The notes: a model not told the origin generated them from the sequence alone. Counted from the first letter of the stretch, positions 30,001 through 39,359 are shown. The stretch: DNA of 64,000 nucleotides from Acidobacteriota bacterium (GCA_963664705.1 OY761556.1:4448001-4512000); one strand, 5' to 3'. Made by a program: numbers and translations.

Positions 30001-31248
30001 ATGCAATCCTACAACTCGTTTGAGGTCGCTCAGACGGAGATCCGGGCGGCCGCAAAGGTATTAAACCTTGATCAGGCCACGCTGGATCTGCTGCTTTGGC
30101 CCCAACGGGAGTTTCAGTTCACACTCCCCGTGAAGATGGACAATGGGGAAACAGTCATCCTGCGCGGCTATCGTATCCAGCATAATTTCGCACGCGGCCC
30201 GGCGAAGGGCGGGATACGATTTCACCCTGATGAAACCATCGATACCATGCGAGCCCTGGCGGGCTGGATGACATGGAAGACTGCGGTGGCAGACCTTCCT
30301 TTGGGCGGCGGCAAGGGCGGAGTGGTTTGCGATCCGCGCAAAATGTCGGCCAGGGAGTTGGAAAACACCGCCCGCGCCTATGTGCGCGCGATCTGGCAGC
30401 ACATTGGCATAGACCGGGATGTACCGGCTCCGGATGTCTATACCAATCCTCAGACCATGGCATGGATGATGGATGAGTATGAAACGATAACCAATCAGCA
30501 TCAGCCCGGCGTGATGTCGAACAAACCGTTATCTCTCGGTGGAAGCGAAGGACGGCGCGATGCCACGGCCCGCGGCGGTGTCACGGTCGTCAGAGAAGCC
30601 TGCCGGGCTTTTGGCGTGGATCCGCGTGGACCGTACGCCATCCAGGGTTTCGGCAGCACCGGCCAGCGCATTGCCATGTTTCACCGCGAATTGCTGGGAG
30701 GAGGAAAGCTGATTGCGGTCTCCGATTCGAGCGGCGCGGTTTACAACCCGGATGGATTCAATCCGAAGGATCTGGTGAATCACAAGCTGCGTACCGGATC
30801 GGTCACCGGTTTTCCAGGATCTCAATCGATCGAAATCAATTCTGTACTGGAACTGGACGTTTCGATTCTCTACCCGGCTGCACTCGAGAATGCAATCAAC
30901 GCCGGAAATGCGAAAAAGATTAAGGCAAAGATTATCTGCGAACTGGCAAACGGGCCGACAACACCGCAGGCGGACCGGATCCTGTTCGAAAAGGGAGTGC
31001 ATGTCATTCCGGATTTATTGGCCAACGCAGGAGGCGTAATCGGATCCTACCTGGAGATGGTGCAAAACCGGGAGGCATACTACTGGAAGGAATCGGCGGT
31101 ACACGATACTCTCGATGCGACCCTCACGCGAGCCTACCAGACGGTAGCCCATGGGGCAAAAGCGAGGAAAATCCCGATGCGCACGGCTGCGATGGTGGTG
31201 GCTGTTGCTCGTGTCGCGGAAGCCTGCAAACTCCGCGGCTGGGTATAG
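30001..31248 (+). CDS. second Glu/Leu/Phe/Val dehydrogenase, with divergent motifs
   Basis: GPAKGGIRFHP, MTWK, LPLGGGKGG, DVPAPDV, ELANGPTT, ANAGGV. Confidence 0.92.
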   Translation: MQSYNSFEVAQTEIRAAAKVLNLDQATLDLLLWPQREFQFTLPVKMDNGETVILRGYRIQHNFARGPAKGGIRFHPDETIDTMRALAGWMTWKTAVADLPLGGGKGGVVCDPRKMSARELENTARAYVRAIWQHIGIDRDVPAPDVYTNPQTMAWMMDEYETITNQHQPGVMSNKPLSLGGSEGRRDATARGGVTVVREACRAFGVDPRGPYAIQGFGSTGQRIAMFHRELLGGGKLIAVSDSSGAVYNPDGFNPKDLVNHKLRTGSVTGFPGSQSIEINSVLELDVSILYPAALENAINAGNAKKIKAKIICELANGPTTPQADRILFEKGVHVIPDLLANAGGVIGSYLEMVQNREAYYWKESAVHDTLDATLTRAYQTVAHGAKARKIPMRTAAMVVAVARVAEACKLRGWV

Positions 31249-31303
31249 AGACGGTCGTCCATAACTGGAGTTTTTCTGGCGGCTAACGACTGACGACTGT
31301 TGT

Positions 31304-32476
31304 ATGGCTATTCCACTGATTTTCTATTACCACCGGCTGAATTGCTATAGCTTCAATGCGCTCGCTGGAGCGCTCGACGCCGACCCATTTTTCGAAGACT
31401 TGAAGATCGACCTGGCGCTGTCTGTCGACCAACTCCAGGCGATGGCGGCTGACAGCATCAACCGCCATGGCTGTGCCATCGTCGCCCTCTCGATTCTTAC
31501 CTGCCAATTTGTGGACACCCATCGAATGATCGGAGAGCTGCGGTCGCGGTTCGGGCAGGAAATCACAATCCTGGCGGGTGGCCCGCATGCGACAGCCTGC
31601 CCGGAACAGGTTCTTCAATCGGGCGCCGACATCATTTTTCAGGGCGAGGCGGAAGCGATCTTTCCCGCTGTTCTCAAAAGAGTTATCGAAAAACTGCCAT
31701 GCAAACCTGTATATGCCCCGGCAGGCCGGGTTGCGCTCGACGACTACTGTTCGTTTTCGCCTAAACGGGGCATGTTCGGACCCATTGAGATTACGCGTGG
31801 CTGCGCGTTCGCCTGCAACTACTGCCAGACCTCTCACATTTTCGGCACACAACTGCGGCACAGAAGCATTGACGCCATTGTCCGGCAGGCGGAATCGCTT
31901 CGCTCCGTCAATCGCAAGGTGGTTCGACTGCTCTCGCCCAACGCCTTTTCCTACGGATCCCCGGATGGGCGGCAGATCCATCTGCCATCCATGCGTGAAC
32001 TGCTGTCGGCCCTGCGCTCCAGCCTCGAGAAAAACACGAAGATCATATTCGCTCATTTCCCGTCGGAGGTCCGACCCGAACATGTTGTCCCAGAAACACT
32101 TGAGCTGTTAAAGGAATTTGCGGGAAACGATGAGATCGTCATCGGGGCTCAGTCCGGCAGCAACCGGATGCTCGACGCCTGCCATCGGTCCCACGACATT
32201 GCCAGTGTATTGCAGGCCGTAGCACTGGCTCGAAAATACGGGTTTAAGATCATCGTGGACTTTATTTTCGGACTGCCCGGGGAGACTCCGGAGGATCTTA
32301 CAGAAACATTGAAGGTCATGGAAGAGGTGGTACGGCTGGGGGCGCGCATTCACCCGCATATTTTTGCGCCGCTCCCCCAAACGCCCTTTGCATCCGCACA
32401 ACCCGGGGCCATCTCCGCTCAGGTAGCGGCAGCCCTGGAAGGACTCAGGAATAAACGGGGAGTATATGGATGTTAG
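31304..32476 (+). CDS. B12-binding domain / radical SAM protein (TIGR04013-like)
   Basis: AGGPHATA, GEAE, PIEITRGCAFACNYCQT, SPNAFSYG, FPSEVRPE, GAQSGS. Confidence 0.85.
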   Translation: MAIPLIFYYHRLNCYSFNALAGALDADPFFEDLKIDLALSVDQLQAMAADSINRHGCAIVALSILTCQFVDTHRMIGELRSRFGQEITILAGGPHATACPEQVLQSGADIIFQGEAEAIFPAVLKRVIEKLPCKPVYAPAGRVALDDYCSFSPKRGMFGPIEITRGCAFACNYCQTSHIFGTQLRHRSIDAIVRQAESLRSVNRKVVRLLSPNAFSYGSPDGRQIHLPSMRELLSALRSSLEKNTKIIFAHFPSEVRPEHVVPETLELLKEFAGNDEIVIGAQSGSNRMLDACHRSHDIASVLQAVALARKYGFKIIVDFIFGLPGETPEDLTETLKVMEEVVRLGARIHPHIFAPLPQTPFASAQPGAISAQVAAALEGLRNKRGVYGC

Positions 32477-32503
32477 CTGGATTCCAGAGTCCGGATATCC
32501 CGA

Positions 32504-33778
32504 CTATCCAATCACATCCATCAGGTTCATAACCTTCTGAGGCCTCTTCATCCGGACGATTCCGTCAAGCAGCTGGAACTGGCAGCCGGGACAGGCCGTT
32601 ACCACGATGTCTGCTTCCGTGGATTCGATATTGTCGATTTTCTTTTCGACTATCTTTTTGGAGAGTTCATAATTCAACAGGCTGAACTGTCCGCCCATCC
32701 CGCAGCACCGATCGGCTCCAGGCATTTCGATATACTGAGCACCATCCAGAGATTTCAGGATATTGCGCGGCTGTTCTTTTGCACCGAGATGCCGATTTAA
32801 GTGACAGGGATCGTGCCAGGTGATCTTCTTCCCCTTGAGAGCGGCCGGCGTTTGAAATGCGGACGCCTGCATTCCGATTACATCCATGATGAACTGGGTG
32901 ATATGCGTGACCCTTTTGCCAAAGTGGGCGTAGGCTTCTCTCCGCTCCGGCGTATCGGGCAGGAAGCGCTGGTACTCGCGCAGTGTGCAGGCGCAGGTAG
33001 CACAATCGGTCACGATATAGTCCAGCCCCTCAAATGCTGCAAAATTGCGGTCGGCAATTCTTCGGCCGGTCTCGAAATCGCCCCCCCCCAGAAACACGGC
33101 CGCACCGCAGCAAACCTGGTCCTGGGGCATCACGACTTCAACGCCCTGACGGGTCAGGAAGTCGATGGTTTTCATCCCCAGCTGGGGCAAAACGAACTCA
33201 TTCATACAGCCGGGGAAATACCCAACCCGTATCTGGCTCTTCGCCTGTTTTGGCCTGCTGATTTCCGGGGCGAGCTGACGCAGAAATTTGGGAGCAATCG
33301 AAGGTATCTGGCGCCCCTGGGTCAACCCGGACAGGAAATTGGGCATGTGGCGAATGATGCCGTTGGATTTCGGCATAAAAGCGGATTGAAACAGCGATGC
33401 CGCGCTCAGAAACTTTCCGAAAAGCTTCCGGTTCGGCAATAGTCTGCGATAAACAAGACCAAGAGGAAATGGCAGTCCCATGTTTCGGGCAATATCAGCT
33501 TTGGCGGCAACAATGAGCCTTGGAATCGGGGCTTTGGCAGGGCAATTCTCGGTGCAGGCCATGCAGGAGGTACATTTATAAAAGCGATCCGCCAGCTCCC
33601 GGTTGATTTCCAGCTCGCCCGACATAAGCCTCTTCACAAGCTCATTCTTGCCTCGGGCAACCCCAGCCTCGATTCTCTCTTCCTGGTAAACGGGACAGAC
33701 ATAAGAGCAGAAGCCGCACTTCATGCATTGTTCTGTCTCTTTTTCATATTTGCTGAGTTCTACCAGAGATGCGTTCAT
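32504..33778 (-). CDS. glcF: GlcF-like Fe-S subunit (2x 4Fe-4S + 2x CCG domains)
   Basis: CMKCGFC..VCP, CTSCMAC..NCP, CCG twice, WHDPCHL, TACPGC; ATGA overlap with the upstream gene. Confidence 0.82.
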   Translation of the reverse strand: MNASLVELSKYEKETEQCMKCGFCSYVCPVYQEERIEAGVARGKNELVKRLMSGELEINRELADRFYKCTSCMACTENCPAKAPIPRLIVAAKADIARNMGLPFPLGLVYRRLLPNRKLFGKFLSAASLFQSAFMPKSNGIIRHMPNFLSGLTQGRQIPSIAPKFLRQLAPEISRPKQAKSQIRVGYFPGCMNEFVLPQLGMKTIDFLTRQGVEVVMPQDQVCCGAAVFLGGGDFETGRRIADRNFAAFEGLDYIVTDCATCACTLREYQRFLPDTPERREAYAHFGKRVTHITQFIMDVIGMQASAFQTPAALKGKKITWHDPCHLNRHLGAKEQPRNILKSLDGAQYIEMPGADRCCGMGGQFSLLNYELSKKIVEKKIDNIESTEADIVVTACPGCQFQLLDGIVRMKRPQKVMNLMDVIG

Positions 33779-35160
33779 TGTCTTTCCCAAATCTTGTCCG
33801 GATTCATAATGTTGTTCGGATCAAAAAGAGTTTTGATTCTCTGCATAAACGAGATGGCCATCGGATCGAGCGCCTTGGCCAGCAGACGCTTCTTTTCCAA
33901 TCCAATGCCATGCTCGCCCGAAAGCGTCCCCCCTAATTCGAGGGCGGCATCAAAGATGGCAGTCAAGGTATCCTGCAGGCGATCCAGATCTTCCTTTTCC
34001 CGGCTGTTTGTAAAGACGCTCGGATGGATGTTCCCGTCGCCGGCATGGCCGATCAGAACGATTTCAAATCCGGACTTCTTGGAGATTTCGTCGAGCTTTT
34101 CGATAAAATCGGAGAGACGATCGCGCGGAACGGTGCAGTCTTCCGCAACAACCGTGCGTGCAGCACCATAGATTGCCGCAAAACCCGCGCTTCGCGCTTT
34201 CCAATAGGTGTTCGCTTCGGCATCATCCTTGGCAAGGCGCGAGATCTTTGCCCCACCTTTGTTGAGCAGTTCCACGATCTGGCCTGCTTCGCTCTCAACC
34301 GCGGCAACAGACCCATCACACTCAATCAGCAGCATGGTCTTGGCATCGACCGGCAGCCCGATCTTCATCTTTTCTTCAATCCGGCGAATGACAAAGTTGT
34401 CGACGAATTCGATCTTCGCGGGCACAATGCCATCAGCAAGAATCCTGGACACAACGGTCCCCGCCCGAACCATGTCATCAAATATCGCCATCACGGTTCT
34501 GCGGGCAGCCGGTTTCGGTATCAACCGGAGAGTTATCTTGGTAATGATGCCCAGCGTTCCTTCGGAACCGGTAAACAAAGGAACCAGGTCGTAGCCGGTG
34601 CGGTTCTTCACTGTTGAGCCGCCAAGATTCATGATATAGCCATCCGGAAGCACCACCTCCAGGCCGAGGACGTATTGTTTCGTCACCCCATACTTGATGC
34701 ACATGGGGCCCCCGGAATTTTCTGCAACCGTGCCGCCGACGGTACAACTGAGGAAACTCTGCGGATCCGGTGGGTAAAACAGGTTTTCCTTGGCAAGCAA
34801 CAGGTTGAAATCCTGCAGCACCACCCCGGGTTCCACGGTCGCAGTCAGATTTGCCTTATTGATCTCCAGAATCCGGTTCATTTTGGTCGTGCATAAGACC
34901 ATCCCGCCATTGATTGGAACCGAACCGCCGCTGATGTTGGTGCCCGAACCTCGTGGAGTCACAGGAATCCGGTTCTCGTTTGCAATCTTCAGAATCTCGG
35001 ATATCTGGGCAGCAGAGGTCGGCAGGAGAACAACTTCAGGAGAATTGGACCAGGTGGTAGTGCCATCATACGAGTATGTGGCCAGATCTTCCTTTGCGGT
35101 TAGTACGTTTGCTTTACCTACAATGTTCTCAAGCTTCTGGATAATACTTGATTTCAACAT
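33775..35160 (-). CDS. glcD: GlcD-like FAD-linked 2-hydroxyacid oxidase (glycolate or D-lactate)
   Basis: PRGSGTNISGG, YPPDPQS, GSEGTLGIIT, GHAGDGNIHP, SGEHGIG. Confidence 0.85.
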   Translation of the reverse strand: MLKSSIIQKLENIVGKANVLTAKEDLATYSYDGTTTWSNSPEVVLLPTSAAQISEILKIANENRIPVTPRGSGTNISGGSVPINGGMVLCTTKMNRILEINKANLTATVEPGVVLQDFNLLLAKENLFYPPDPQSFLSCTVGGTVAENSGGPMCIKYGVTKQYVLGLEVVLPDGYIMNLGGSTVKNRTGYDLVPLFTGSEGTLGIITKITLRLIPKPAARRTVMAIFDDMVRAGTVVSRILADGIVPAKIEFVDNFVIRRIEEKMKIGLPVDAKTMLLIECDGSVAAVESEAGQIVELLNKGGAKISRLAKDDAEANTYWKARSAGFAAIYGAARTVVAEDCTVPRDRLSDFIEKLDEISKKSGFEIVLIGHAGDGNIHPSVFTNSREKEDLDRLQDTLTAIFDAALELGGTLSGEHGIGLEKKRLLAKALDPMAISFMQRIKTLFDPNNIMNPDKIWERQ

Positions 35161-35393
35161 CAGCTAAACTGTTCCTCCCTATCAAAGGCGTCCTCAGACT
35201 GAATCGATCTTGATTCTGATCAGGGCAGGAACAGCGGTACCGCGCAGTCCAGATCTCCAAACACGCAGAAAATGATCGATGCCAATTTACGGCCTGGCCT
35301 TAAAAGAATTCATTATACAGCCAGGAAACAGAGGCCGTCACGAAAATTTCCTTTTTCGGTATCGAAAGCCGATTCCCACATCACTCTCAAAAA

Positions 35394-35825
35394 TCAGCTA
35401 TTTGCAGGCATAGCCTTTGGGGTGGGGGCCGCAGGGTGGCAATCAGGGACACCAGAAAAGCTGCGGTAAAGCAGAAAGCCGCAACAGGCCAGTAGGCGCA
35501 AGGTCCTTTTAATCCAATCAGATAGCTGGCCGTCGCCTATACGCGGGAAGAAACAAACTGTCCAATTCCAAGGGCGCAGGAAAGGATGGCCAGAGCCCTG
35601 GTCGCCACAGCTTTCGGGCCGCTGCCGCTGAATTTCAGCGCAATTCCCGGAACAAATTTCCCAAACCCAAATCCTTGGAGCTGTATTGGCATTGGGCGGG
35701 ATAAACCCAAAAGCCAGAAACGCGAGAGCTACGACGAGAGTGAAGCGTTTAAACATCTGGGTAATTCGACCCAGTAAAAGGCCCGAAAAATCCCTCCGAA
35801 GTTGGGGATCGTCATAATCAGGCCG
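35394..35825 (-). pseudogene. decayed duplicate of the 3' third of the neighbouring MFS gene
   Basis: 35432-35825 aligns by eye with about 36057-36480, with substitutions, deletions and frameshifts. Confidence 0.88.
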
Positions 35826-35865
35826 GCCACATAGGCAATTTCAGCTTCAGGACAAATGGCAATCA

Positions 35866-36048
35866 ACAGATGTGGACACCCATCGTTTCCGGAGACAGAT
35901 GTGGACACCCATCGTTTCCGGAAAAAACCGAAAACCTGGATAATTCCTACAACCGAGAATGCAAAGGGCTTGGCTATTTGCGCTAGTAGCGAGCAAACCG
36001 GAGGGTAGCGGGTAGAATCAAGAAGCCTCCATGTCGGTGGGTGTCCAC
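35866..36048. repeat. 28-bp tandem repeat (x2) and an inverted GTGGACACCCA arm at the MFS duplication junction
   Basis: acagatgtggacacccatcgtttccgga at 35866 and 35895; tgggtgtccac at 36038-36048. Confidence 0.85.
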
Positions 36049-37172
36049 GTTTCCTTCAGGGTGGCGACCAGGGACACCAGAAAGGCTGCGGTAAAGCAGA
36101 AAGCCGCAACAGTCCAGGAGGCTCGAGGTCCTTTTAATCCAAGCAGATAGTTGGCATAGGCGTATACGCGGGGAGAAACAAACTGTCCAATTCCAAGGGC
36201 GCAGGAAAGGATGGCCAGAGCCCTGGTTGCCGCAGATTTCGGGACGCTGCCGATAATTTTCAGTGCAATTCCCGGAATAAATGTCCCAAACCCAAATCCC
36301 CATATGGCACAGGAAACCGCAAAGGTCAGGGCTGTATTGGCAACGTTGAGCAGGATAAACCCAAAAGCCAGAAACCCGAGGGCTACGACGAGAGTGAAGC
36401 GCTTACACATCTGAGTAATTCGACCCAGTAAGAGGCCCGCAACAATCCCTCCGATGTTGGAGATTGTCATGATCAGGCCGATTGTCCGGGCAGAGCCAAC
36501 CCTGGCCGCAGACATTACAAAGGACGCATTCGTGTGATAGCACATCATAAAGACGTTGAAGAGAAAGTACATGGCAACAAAAAACCACATCGTCGAAGTC
36601 AGTTCCCCTTTGCTGTCGGTTCCTTGCGCCGGGGTTTTCTCGGGCTCAGGCATCCGGAATAGGACAAGGATGAAGACCGGGATGACCAGGAGATATGCAA
36701 AAAATGTGTTGCGCCAGTAGATTGCGCAGAGGTACCCCCCGACGGTGGTAAAAAACATGCCAAAGATGGCAGCCACAGAGCTCCGGTAGCCCATGAAGAT
36801 ATCCCGATCCCGTCCCTGAAAAAAGTCAGCAATCAAGCTCTGGGAAAGCGGTATCAGGAAACCGCAGCCGGCTCCATACACTCCCCTCATGATGAGGATG
36901 AATGGCATTCCTCCGAAAAACGCGGGCAAAAGCCCACCGATGGCGTAGAGGATCATACCTGTCAAAACCAGGGTTTTCTTGCGCATCCGCCGGGAAAGCT
37001 GGCCACAGACCAGCGTCGACACCATAATCATCAATGCCGGAACGGTGGCAATCATCTGAATGGTCTCCCGGCTTTTGTCCGGGAAAACTTTGGCAATATC
37101 GGCCAGAGCCGGCGTGACGGCGCCGGCACCATACACCAGGCTGGAAATAGCAAGAACGATCAACAGGAGCAT
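36018..37172 (-). CDS. MFS transporter
   Basis: About 12 hydrophobic segments; TPALADI, GQLSRRMRKK, RGVYGAGCG, LIADFF.G.DR; start uncertain because the upstream extension is repeat-derived. Confidence 0.88.
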   Translation of the reverse strand: MLLLIVLAISSLVYGAGAVTPALADIAKVFPDKSRETIQMIATVPALMIMVSTLVCGQLSRRMRKKTLVLTGMILYAIGGLLPAFFGGMPFILIMRGVYGAGCGFLIPLSQSLIADFFQGRDRDIFMGYRSSVAAIFGMFFTTVGGYLCAIYWRNTFFAYLLVIPVFILVLFRMPEPEKTPAQGTDSKGELTSTMWFFVAMYFLFNVFMMCYHTNASFVMSAARVGSARTIGLIMTISNIGGIVAGLLLGRITQMCKRFTLVVALGFLAFGFILLNVANTALTFAVSCAIWGFGFGTFIPGIALKIIGSVPKSAATRALAILSCALGIGQFVSPRVYAYANYLLGLKGPRASWTVAAFCFTAAFLVSLVATLKETWTPTDMEAS

Positions 37173-37196
37173 CGATTGGTCTCCAAACAAGCCGCA

Positions 37197-37430
37197 ATCA
37201 TAGATCGTCCATCGTAAATCGTAAATCGCCAATTGAAGTGGGACTCCTCTGATTCTGAAAAGCGGCTACGAATTTACACCATCGCACGGAGCTTTTGATT
37301 TTTCTGGAGCGTGCCGCACTTCACGGTTCCCATTCAAATAATGTTTTTGCGGCATCAGGCGAGGCACCGGGGCCCATTGGGAATGAGCGCGTTTCCTTCG
37401 TCAATCATCAATCATCAATCGTCAATCGAT
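37197..37430. repeat. intergenic region with two clusters of ATCGT(A/C)A 7-mer repeats and a degenerate CACGAATT arm
   Basis: atcgtccatcgtaaatcgtaaatcgcc (about 37204); tcgtcaatcatcaatcatcaatcgtcaatcg (about 37398); ggctacgaatttacacc (about 37264). Confidence 0.7.
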
Positions 37431-38546
37431 ATAGTGCGTCCGGATCATCGTCCAGTAGTCGCGAAAGCGCCCCTCGTCGAAGTCTTTCAGAAATACGGAA
37501 ATATATTGAAGCATGGTGCAAAGGCTATAACCGGACCGTTGCTGCGGATGGCGATAAAAAGAGAAAGTGGATCGGATCAGCAGGCTGTGTTCGTTCGTCG
37601 GCAGTTTCCGAATATTTTCGACGAAGCCCTGGAAGTTGCCGCTCATCCCCCAGTCAAACAGGACGATTTCAACATTGGATGCATAGAAGGCGCTGACGAC
37701 ATACCCTTTTCCCCGCAGGTACTTTCCAATGGCCGCCAATGCTTTCTTACCGCCGAAATCGCCGACAACCGGAATAATCAGATTTCTTCGGTGCAGGTCC
37801 CGCACGAAAGCATAGTCTTCGGTATTCGCAAGGAAGTTGCCCCGTTTCCCCTTCAGGTCCTTCTGGAGGATGATCTCCCGCAGCACGGGAAGATGGCCGA
37901 AGCGCCGGCTCAATCTGTTATCGAGGTCAAAACCTATTTCAAATCCCTGGTCTCTGAAGCTCCTGTATACATAATCCAGGCTATCGCTATCCTGGATAGA
38001 AAGCGGGATTTTAAAATCCTTCTCAATGGCATTGCGGACTGCGGCGAGATTCTCCGCATAGGCTTTTGGATCGGCAGGGACAGCGGACAGATAGGCAATG
38101 ACGTCATCGATGGAGGCCTTTGGATCCGGTGCTTTTCCGGTCATGGGCCGGCTCAGCAGGCGGGATAGAAAATCTGCCGGCGTCGGGGACAACTGGAAAA
38201 TGGCCTTATACATGAGGTGCTGAATGATTGCCTGCCTCCGGATATCCACGATAAAGGCAATGCGCGGCCGCACCCTGGCTATGTATGTGAAATTCTGCTC
38301 TGGCCCTACGCCGATATAAGCGCCCCCGGTAGCGCCCAACTCTTTTATTCTATCCACTACCGTGAGGTAGGAGTCTTCATTGGAAGTAAAATTATCGGAG
38401 AAGAAAAAGCCTCCCTCTTCGGAGAAGGTTTGCACCAGGCGCGAAAACTCAGCACTGGTCAGGCTCTCCTGGGCCGCACTCAATCCGGCGGGTACTAGAA
38501 GGAAAAACAGCAGCAACCAATTCCGTGAGGATTTGCGCAGGGACAT
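37422..38546 (-). CDS. secreted hypothetical protein, possibly a SAM-methyltransferase-like fold
   Basis: Signal peptide; GGAYIGVGPEQNFTYI, AFIVDIRR, PVVGDFGG, AFYASNVE resemble Rossmann strands. Confidence 0.75.
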   Translation of the reverse strand: MSLRKSSRNWLLLFFLLVPAGLSAAQESLTSAEFSRLVQTFSEEGGFFFSDNFTSNEDSYLTVVDRIKELGATGGAYIGVGPEQNFTYIARVRPRIAFIVDIRRQAIIQHLMYKAIFQLSPTPADFLSRLLSRPMTGKAPDPKASIDDVIAYLSAVPADPKAYAENLAAVRNAIEKDFKIPLSIQDSDSLDYVYRSFRDQGFEIGFDLDNRLSRRFGHLPVLREIILQKDLKGKRGNFLANTEDYAFVRDLHRRNLIIPVVGDFGGKKALAAIGKYLRGKGYVVSAFYASNVEIVLFDWGMSGNFQGFVENIRKLPTNEHSLLIRSTFSFYRHPQQRSGYSLCTMLQYISVFLKDFDEGRFRDYWTMIRTHYID

Positions 38547-38577
38547 GGGGCCCCCTTTTTTGGTCGAACCGGCTTCT

Positions 38578-38636
38578 TGCCACGAATTACACGAATTATA
38601 CCGAATCAGGCCTCAATATTCGTGCAATTCGTGGCA
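38578..38636. repeat. gene-less CACGAATT inverted-repeat element
   Basis: tgccacgaattacacgaat / attcgtgcaattcgtggca (18 of 19 complementary). Confidence 0.85.
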
Positions 38637-38645
38637 GGTGCAAGC

Positions 38646-39218
38646 CTACTTAATGAGGGTACGAGCCAGTTCTTCCGCCTGTTTCAGGTACTGATCCGGA
38701 ACGCCAAGAGCTCCACCGCCACCCACTCCCACGCCGCGGATGATATGCGCTTCAGAAAAACCCATGGACCGTTTGAAATACTCGGGGTACTTGGCAGCAA
38801 TATCCGCAAACATCGTATCGACGGGAGCCCCTTGTGTAACAATATACACAAGTTTCTTTCCGGCCGGGACACGCGACGGGGCGCCTTCCAGAAAGTTCGG
38901 AGGCATATAGGAATAGGTGCGATCTATGAAACACTTCACCTGCCCAGGAACATCAGAACAGTAGACCGGCAATGCCAGCACGACAACATCCGCCGCTTTC
39001 AGCGATTCCAGAACTTTGGCCAGATCGTCTGGAACCACGCATTTATCCGAGACGGTTTTGCAGGCCATGCAGCCCTGGCAGCCCCAGTATTTGAGCTTGT
39101 TCAGGACAATTGTCTCAACCTGGGCTCCCAAACCGGCTGCTGTTTCCGTAAACCGGGCGGCAATGGCGGCGCTGTTGCTCTTGGGACGAGGGCTTCCGAT
39201 CAGACAGCTGACTTTCAT
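38646..39218 (-). CDS. flavodoxin-family iron-sulfur flavoprotein
   Basis: GSPR..SNS, GCQGCMACK...C, LALPVY, FIDR; GGAGG RBS before ATG 39218. Confidence 0.9.
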   Translation of the reverse strand: MKVSCLIGSPRPKSNSAAIAARFTETAAGLGAQVETIVLNKLKYWGCQGCMACKTVSDKCVVPDDLAKVLESLKAADVVVLALPVYCSDVPGQVKCFIDRTYSYMPPNFLEGAPSRVPAGKKLVYIVTQGAPVDTMFADIAAKYPEYFKRSMGFSEAHIIRGVGVGGGGALGVPDQYLKQAEELARTLIK

Positions 39219-39287
39219 GCAGTACCTCCTAAGTTGGAGAATCGTATGTCCGCACTTTAACCCCAAAGGTAGAAAGGCTCAAAGAAA

Positions 39288-39326
39288 GAAAAAAGCCCCG
39301 AAGGACCAGGGCGATCCTCCGGGGCG
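39288..39326 (-). terminator. intrinsic terminator after TonB-dependent receptor 1
   Basis: gccccgaagga...tcctccggggc hairpin with an A-run on + (U-tract on -). Confidence 0.8.
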
Positions 39327-39359
39327 GAGTCGATGCACTGACCGGCGAAGCCGGCTTAG

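Noticed and set aside
37173-37232. MFS N-terminal extension MAIYDLRWTIYD
   Set aside because: It is the translation of the 7-mer repeat cluster and unlikely to be real coding sequence.
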